Part shown: in pieces, positions 58,712-64,000 of the stretch | How positions within the stretch are numbered: position 1 is the stretch's first letter | Layout: each line of letters opens with the position of its first letter | Source of the DNA: an uncultured delta proteobacterium | GTDB lineage: Bacteria > Desulfobacterota > Syntrophia > Syntrophales > Smithellaceae | Direction of reading: 5' to 3' | Assembly: GCA_903907985.1 (NCBI GenBank) | Contig: CAIVQG010000051.1 | Coordinates: forward strand, 11,271-75,270 | Length of the DNA stretch: 64,000 nt | The notes under the pieces: generated by a model | Told to the model about the DNA's origin: nothing | Seen by the model: the letters and a program-made list of their open reading frames with translations, nothing else | The model's database searches: none | Translations under genes and position numbers: made by a program

Positions 58712-59212
58712 TTAGATAGTTTCGTAGCAGGCCAAGATCTCGCCAAAGTAAAGAGTATGGTAATCCTTCTGCGGATAAAGAGACGTATCATAATCTTGGG
58801 AAAGAAAGGCCGGGTTCATGGCGGACTTGTAAACTATTTTACACTCATAATGATACCCTGGCGTTTTAATAACCGGCGAAAGGACCTTCTGTCCGCTGAC
58901 TGTTTCCAGGTTACATATTTTGAACTTGTCCAGGTCGCGGCCGGATTTTGTACCGCAATAAGCAGTTTCCTTGCTCATATCACCTGCCGGAACAGTAACG
59001 GTAAAATCCTCAGCTGCCTCAATAATACTAAAGGTGTAACGCGAAGATCGCACCGCCACTGTCATGATCGGCTTACGCCAGATAACTCCGAAAGTGGCCC
59101 AGCCAATGGTCATGGTATTGAGAGCGCTTCCGGTTTTTACAGTCAAAAAAGCTCCTTCTTTGATTTTCAAGATGGCAGCCTCGGCAATATTCATGTAATT
59201 TAAATCTTTCAT
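58712..59212 (-). CDS. flavin reductase-like FMN-binding domain protein
   Basis: It has GAFLTVKTGSALNTMTIGWATFGVIWRKP, typical of the flavin reductase-like split-barrel family. I prefer the ATG at 59212. Confidence 0.75.
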   Translation of the reverse strand: MKDLNYMNIAEAAILKIKEGAFLTVKTGSALNTMTIGWATFGVIWRKPIMTVAVRSSRYTFSIIEAAEDFTVTVPAGDMSKETAYCGTKSGRDLDKFKICNLETVSGQKVLSPVIKTPGYHYECKIVYKSAMNPAFLSQDYDTSLYPQKDYHTLYFGEILACYETI

Positions 59213-59222
59213 AGCAATCTCC

Positions 59223-59555
59223 CTATGTTTTTTGTTTCCCGTTGATCTTACATTGCGGGCAAAGTTCCGACGACCCCGGCTGATACTTCCGGCAAACCAG
59301 AGGCCTTGTCCCGTATATGGAACAGCGCCAGGTATTTCCGGCACTGTAAAGGAAAGGGCATTCCCGCTGGTAATCACCGGTATGCGTGGAAATCATTCTA
59401 TCCCCCGCCCAGACGAGATGACGGGTTTCGATAATGTTCAGTATATCCTGCCTGTTTTCGGCATGCCAGCGATCAAAATCACCTGGCTCGGCATAGGCCG
59501 TTAAATCGACAAAACAACACTTGCCGCATTGCAGACAGGAAAGCGTCTCTTCCAT
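59223..59555 (-). CDS. YkgJ-family cysteine-cluster protein
   Basis: 110-aa ORF with an N-terminal CLQCGKCC motif and further Cys residues (CPF, CSIY, CRKY, CPQC). Confidence 0.7.
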   Translation of the reverse strand: MEETLSCLQCGKCCFVDLTAYAEPGDFDRWHAENRQDILNIIETRHLVWAGDRMISTHTGDYQRECPFLYSAGNTWRCSIYGTRPLVCRKYQPGSSELCPQCKINGKQKT

Positions 59556-59605
59556 AATTTGTTTCTCGTACCTTTATCCTTTATAAATATATATTACACC
59601 TTCAC

Positions 59606-60076
59606 CTATTTTTTCCAGCGCCAGTTACAATATGGATTTGCACAGAGATTGGAGTTGAAGTACCTGGCATCGCCGGTAACTTCCTGTCCCAACCAGCCGG
59701 GGAGTTCAAAACATTGGTCTTCTTTTTGAAGTTCCACTTCCGCCACTATCAGACCTTCGTTTTCTCCATGAAACTCATCGATCTCCCAGATCATGCCCCC
59801 ATAGGCAACTGTATGTCTGGTTTTTTCGATCAACGGACTTTCGCAAATCTTCAGCAATTCTTCGGCGTCAACAACCGGTATTTCATATTCATACTCGGAA
59901 CGCGTTGCTCCGGTATTAATGCCCTTGATAGTAAGAAAAGCTTGCGTACCCACGATTCGCACCCTAACAGTTCGTTCCTTATCCCGGTTGAGGTAGCCCT
60001 GAATGAAGCGAACGCCTTGATCTGTTCTCCAGTCATCACCTAGCACCAAAAACTTGCGTTCGATCTCCGTGGCCAT
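59606..60076 (-). CDS. CYTH-domain protein (triphosphate tunnel metalloenzyme)
   Basis: 156-aa ORF with the N-terminal signature EIERKFLV and alternating charged beta strands (RVRI, EYEYEI, WEIDEF). Confidence 0.8.
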   Translation of the reverse strand: MATEIERKFLVLGDDWRTDQGVRFIQGYLNRDKERTVRVRIVGTQAFLTIKGINTGATRSEYEYEIPVVDAEELLKICESPLIEKTRHTVAYGGMIWEIDEFHGENEGLIVAEVELQKEDQCFELPGWLGQEVTGDARYFNSNLCANPYCNWRWKK

Positions 60077-60155
60077 CGTTCATATTCCTTCGCGGGCTTT
60101 ACACGTTTTTAAATACAACCTTCCCCGATTTTTTCCTCAATTATTGCATCATTTA

Positions 60156-60692
60156 CTATATGACGCTTATCAGTTTTGCCAGCGAGGGTATGTCGCTGAT
60201 GTTTTCTCCATAATGTGTATACCTTAAGACCTTATCCGCCGTCATGGAAAACGCGGCAGGAAGTTGTGTTTCTTTCCCTTCAAATTTGCCATGCCGGAAA
60301 CCCTGACGAACGGCCTTGATTGCCGCAATCAAACCGGCAGGATGCAGATATTTGATAATTCCACCGGCTTCCACACTATAGAGTTGGAAAATTTTCCCTT
60401 GAGGGTCACTGATGATGGTGAATGGCCAATCTTCTCTGTTGGCTAAATAAGCAAGCGTTTCCGGCGGACTTTGCAGAGTTACAAATACGCGACAACCACT
60501 TTTCCTGACCAGATCGATTTCCTGTTTTATCTTTGCCATTTCCATTTGACAGACCGGACATCCGTAATAGCGTAGAAAAATCAAAACAGCCGGATTATTA
60601 CCGACAGCATTATAAAAATTAATCTCCTCATCCCAAGGTGTTCTAAATCTAAAATCGGGGGCTTTATCTCCTATGTTCAGTTTTGAATACAT
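60156..60692 (-). CDS. peroxiredoxin-like (AhpC/TSA-redoxin) protein with CxxC
   Basis: 178-aa ORF with a thioredoxin fold and the motif VLIFLRYYGCPVCQ. Confidence 0.75.
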   Translation of the reverse strand: MYSKLNIGDKAPDFRFRTPWDEEINFYNAVGNNPAVLIFLRYYGCPVCQMEMAKIKQEIDLVRKSGCRVFVTLQSPPETLAYLANREDWPFTIISDPQGKIFQLYSVEAGGIIKYLHPAGLIAAIKAVRQGFRHGKFEGKETQLPAAFSMTADKVLRYTHYGENISDIPSLAKLISVI

Positions 60693-60795
60693 AGCCGAGT
60701 TACTCCTTAATTAATCAAGACTGTTTTATTCTATGGTTAAAAGTCTTTTTAAAAACTGACAAGACATAACCCCGATAACCTTTGACCTTCTCCTA

Positions 60796-61290
60796 TTATT
60801 TTCTTTTAAACCTGATTTCACATTTGTCAAATCCTTTGGCAATGGTCTCTCCCAATTCCAATTCGCAGCCAAAGGACTTGGCAATGCCGCTATCTCCCTG
60901 CATCGTTATATCACAAAGCTTTGCTATCTGCTCATCCGTCGCTCCCTGTGCCTGCCAGGCTGCCACCAACGGACAATAGTGAAAGTCGATATCCAACCGG
61001 TCACCCGTACAGGCCAGTATCTTCATTTCAAACACCATCCGTGCGGGCAAAGTAAAAAGTGTTTTCTTAAGCCCCTGAAGACTTTTAGTGCCCGATTGCG
61101 CAGTCAGTTGAGCACCCTGAAAGCACCCGCATCTTAAAACAGCAGCCTTGGCAAAGTCTTCCGTAACTATACCACGCTTCTCGGCCTCATCCAGCAATAG
61201 ATACAGCCAGGTGGCTCTATGCTCCAGCATCCCCCTTACTGCTTTAATAAGCTTATTGTTGCGCTTCGGAATATTTTTAATATTGGACAT
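60796..61290 (-). CDS. L-2-amino-thiazoline-4-carboxylic acid hydrolase-like protein
   Basis: 164-aa ORF with the C-terminal pattern FHYCPLVAAW...LCDITMQGD...KGFDKCEIRF, which resembles the ATC-hydrolase family. The assignment is from memory. Confidence 0.5.
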   Translation of the reverse strand: MSNIKNIPKRNNKLIKAVRGMLEHRATWLYLLLDEAEKRGIVTEDFAKAAVLRCGCFQGAQLTAQSGTKSLQGLKKTLFTLPARMVFEMKILACTGDRLDIDFHYCPLVAAWQAQGATDEQIAKLCDITMQGDSGIAKSFGCELELGETIAKGFDKCEIRFKRK

Positions 61291-61921
61291 CCATCTATCT
61301 CCTTATCTTGCAAAATGAGGTTGAAGCATAAATCTCCAATCGCCGGATATATAGGAATAGCGGGGGATCAAGAACAATGTTAATTAATCACAACCGGCCA
61401 TGATTATTTTCCCCAAGGAATTTTGCAGTAGAGATTTAGTGCAATCAACAGATGAGTTCGCGTCCAAGAAACATTTTCAGTCTTCATCATTTGCATCACT
61501 CCCCTTATAAAAAGACATGTGCCTTTCTTGAGAGCTCATTGAAATACTAAAAATTAGGGACAGCGCCCTGTTTTCATCATCCCCGCAGGCATTAAATCTT
61601 ATCGTCGCGAATAATACTACTTCCTCGAAACATTGCAATAGAAAATCAGTTAAAACTGAGGCTGACCACCCAAAGGTGGCACAAGACCGAAAGCTGAAGG
61701 CATTTTGAAGCCTGATTCTCAATCCTTCATATTCTGATTCGTCAGCCGCAACTTGTGCATTTTTTGCTCTGATTCAAAAGATTCAATATCACCTTAACTG
61801 TTAGTAGTTCAAATACAGTTATACAAATTGTCAATTGCTTTTATAATCTGCAAAAATAATGCAGCCAAATATTTCTTGCGTGTTTCATCTCCATCTTTTT
61901 CATAAAAGAGAATAAATGCAT

Positions 61922-62647
61922 TTAAACCTGCATCTCTAACGGGGATGAATCCGCAAAACTGAAGAAGTTGCTGTCACCGATAATGATGTGATCCAGCACC
62001 TTGATTCCCAGGAGCTTTCCGGCAGCAGAAAGCTCCTGTGTGAATTTTTTATCTTCCGGGCTGGGTGCTATATTGGCACTGGGGTGATTGTGTACACAGA
62101 TTATCGCCGCGGCAAATTTCTGCAGGGCCGCATGAATGATTTCCCGCACAATCGGCATGGCCTGATTGACGGTTCCTGTGGCGGCATCACTGATATCGAT
62201 GATGCGATTGTTGCTGTTGAGATAGACAACTTTGAACACTTCGGTCTTGAGGTCACGCATTTGCGGCATGATGATGTTGAGGACATCCTGCGCAGAAGCG
62301 ATCTTTTGCTTGGCGCTGATTACTTCGTCTTCGCGGAAACGTCTGCCGATTTCCAGGGCTGCTTGAATTTGCGCAATCTTGGCCGGGCCGAGGCCTTTGA
62401 ATTCTTTCCACTCGCGCATATCGGTCTGGTGCATGTTGCGGAAGGTGCCAAACTTATCAATTATCTGTCGCGCCAGATCAATGGCGCTGTTTCCTTTGAC
62501 GCCCGTGCGTAGCAGAATTGCCAGAAGTTCCGAATTGCTCAGCGCACCGGCACCGCGCTTGTGCAGCTTTTCTCTGGGCCGGTCATCCTGCGGCCAGCTT
62601 TTTATCCCTCTAGAGATTTTCCCCATTGGCTTGTCCTTCGGCTTCAT
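61922..62647 (-). CDS. radC: RadC-family JAB-domain protein
   Basis: 241-aa ORF with an N-terminal HhH region (RPREKL...LSNSELLAILLRTG) and the JAMM motif VHNHPS. An alternative start lies at 62626. Confidence 0.85.
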   Translation of the reverse strand: MKPKDKPMGKISRGIKSWPQDDRPREKLHKRGAGALSNSELLAILLRTGVKGNSAIDLARQIIDKFGTFRNMHQTDMREWKEFKGLGPAKIAQIQAALEIGRRFREDEVISAKQKIASAQDVLNIIMPQMRDLKTEVFKVVYLNSNNRIIDISDAATGTVNQAMPIVREIIHAALQKFAAAIICVHNHPSANIAPSPEDKKFTQELSAAGKLLGIKVLDHIIIGDSNFFSFADSSPLEMQV

Positions 62648-62941
62648 CTTGTGCGGTTACCTCATTCCTACATATAGAACATTATTTATCCCAATCTCTA
62701 CCGGGATGAATACCAGCTGATTTATTTTCTTCAGGCATGTCCTGTGTCCTTTATACTGGATTCTGGATACCGGCCTGCGTAACCTGAAGGTCGCAAGACC
62801 GGTATGACACTGGGGAGATGGATTCCCTGGTCAAGGAAGAGAAGTTAGTACATATAATGGTCAGCGCTGGGTTTCTCCTGCCTCTCCTTGACTTTTGTTT
62901 TTAATTGCCCTTCATCTTACAACTTTCCAAACACAAAGCAA

Positions 62942-62982
62942 TAAAAAAGGCCTCCCTCGCAATGCTCACGAAGGAGGCCTTT
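62942..62982 (-). terminator. rho-independent terminator of the MFS gene
   Basis: The minus strand reads AAAGGCCTCC-loop-GGAGGCCTTTTTTAT, 36 nt after the stop at 63018. Confidence 0.75.
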
Positions 62983-63017
62983 CATGTTAAAATACTTAAT
63001 CAGAATATCAAATACTG

Positions 63018-64000
63018 CTAGGCTTTTTTAGGCGGCTTCAAGAAAACAAAAGCCAGCACCAATCCTACGATTGACAATACAGCCGTCGGATAGAAGGCAA
63101 AAGTGTAGGTTCCGAAAAGATCCTTGGCCTGACCGGAAATAATGCCGCCGATAATGGCGCCCAATCCATACGCAAAGAACACAACGCCGTAGTTACGGGC
63201 ATAATTCTTCATGCCGAAGAATGTCGCCGTCGCGGTCGGAGCAATGGCCAGCCAGCCGCCGAGGCAAAGCCAGAAGCCGATAAAACTGAAGACGTAAATA
63301 TAATTACTTCCTTCACCGGCTGTAATCATGCAAATCGAGACCAGGAGAATGAGCGCCAGATTCAACATTGCAGCATTGCGAGGATTAATCTTATCCGTCA
63401 ACAAACCGAAAAGGGGGCGTCCGAGAGCATTGAAACAGGCAAAAACACCGACCAATGTTGCAGCCGTTTCACCCGATATTTTAATAATTTCATTGCCCAC
63501 CGGCTTGGAGATGCCGATGGCCATCAGTCCGGCCACAGAACCAATGATAAAACACAAAAACAATCCCCAATATGTGCTGGTTTTGACCATTTCACCCGGT
63601 GTAAAATCAACGGCTACAGCTGCTCCCGCTGCTGGTTTCCAGCCGGCAGGAACCCACCCGGCAGCAGGAAATCGGAAAGGCATGGACAGCACAACAAGAA
63701 TAATACCGAAAGCGATTCCAAAATACATAAAAGTAGTCGGTAATCCGATGGACGGTATCAGCACGCTGGCCAATTTACCCGTAATAAGCGCTGATCCTCC
63801 AAATCCCGCCAGAATAAGACCTACCGCAAGTCCCTTCTTATCAGGAAACCAGCGTGCACCCATGGCAACCGGACAACCATAGACCAGACCAACGCCTGAC
63901 CCGGCGATAACGCCGTAAGTAAGCGTCAGCATCCAGATGTTTGTCGCAAAACTGGAGAGCATCCATCCCAATCCAACAATGATTCCACCGATAATGCTCA
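63018..64000 (-). CDS. MFS transporter (oxalate/formate antiporter-like), C-terminal part; 5' end outside the window
   Basis: The frame is open to base 64000. The track start at 63971 is an internal TTG. It has multiple TM helices and the 12-TM MFS pattern. The subfamily guess is weak. Confidence 0.8.
   Translation of the reverse strand, partial: SIIGGIIVGLGWMLSSFATNIWMLTLTYGVIAGSGVGLVYGCPVAMGARWFPDKKGLAVGLILAGFGGSALITGKLASVLIPSIGLPTTFMYFGIAFGIILVVLSMPFRFPAAGWVPAGWKPAAGAAVAVDFTPGEMVKTSTYWGLFLCFIIGSVAGLMAIGISKPVGNEIIKISGETAATLVGVFACFNALGRPLFGLLTDKINPRNAAMLNLALILLVSICMITAGEGSNYIYVFSFIGFWLCLGGWLAIAPTATATFFGMKNYARNYGVVFFAYGLGAIIGGIISGQAKDLFGTYTFAFYPTAVLSIVGLVLAFVFLKPPKKA

Noticed and set aside
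61477-61722. 81-aa minus-strand ORF in the long intergenic region.
   Set aside because: It has no RBS, odd composition and no family resemblance. I treated the region as non-coding (see the finding for 61291-61921).
61988-62512. 174-aa plus-strand ORF.
   Set aside because: It is antisense to radC, whose frame has the JAMM HNHPS motif. No motifs of its own are visible.
62767-62805. 12-bp interrupted stem-loop ATACCGGCCTGCG...CGCAAGACCGGTAT upstream of radC, with CTGAAGG in the loop. The same heptamer also occurs near 40405 and 61690.
   Set aside because: It is an isolated hairpin with no U-tract or recognisable RNA family. The heptamer recurrence is short enough to be chance.
63328-63882. 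184-aa plus-strand ORF.
   Set aside because: It is antisense to the MFS transporter and has Pro/Ala/Arg-rich low-complexity composition.

Overview
This 64-kb window looks like chromosomal DNA from an anaerobic bacterium. The gene content suggests a Desulfobacterota-like lineage: AhbA/B-type heme gene, 2-oxoacid:ferredoxin oxidoreductase, a BCR/HAD-type radical enzyme, and a PxxKW Cys-rich protein. That placement is inference only. Most of the window is conserved housekeeping. It includes plsB (partial), a PTS IID-ptsH-ptsI unit, and the thrS-infC-rpmI-rplT-pheS-pheT-ihfA-merR block. It also has tRNA-Val, pgsA, rsmI, rnhB/yraN, the rpsP-KH-rimM-trmD-SPOUT-rplS operon, ffh, argS, ribD, hemL and atpZ-atpI-atpB. 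Accessory content is as follows:
- a four-gene envelope module of unknown function (13.4-15.8 kb)
- UDP-xylose and GDP-fucose nucleotide-sugar genes
- a type IV pilus minor-pilin operon with a vWA-PilY1 adhesin (28-34 kb) next to pilD
- a four-subunit 2-oxoacid:ferredoxin oxidoreductase preceded by an orphan NusG paralog
- a displaced monocistronic atpE
- a 1437-aa fused double-activase/dehydratase-like protein next to a secreted S1/P1-nuclease-like protein
- a string of small redox genes (57-61 kb)

Non-genic signals that gene calls do not explain are a MITE/REP-like repeat family sitting on stop codons, an 83-bp tandem duplication, and two long unassigned intergenic regions. I saw no rRNA, CRISPR array, prophage, transposase or recognisable defence system, and I cannot point to one clear-cut novel system. 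The best candidates are ranked in the findings. All family calls come from reading motifs by eye. No database search was run, and many start codons are uncertain.
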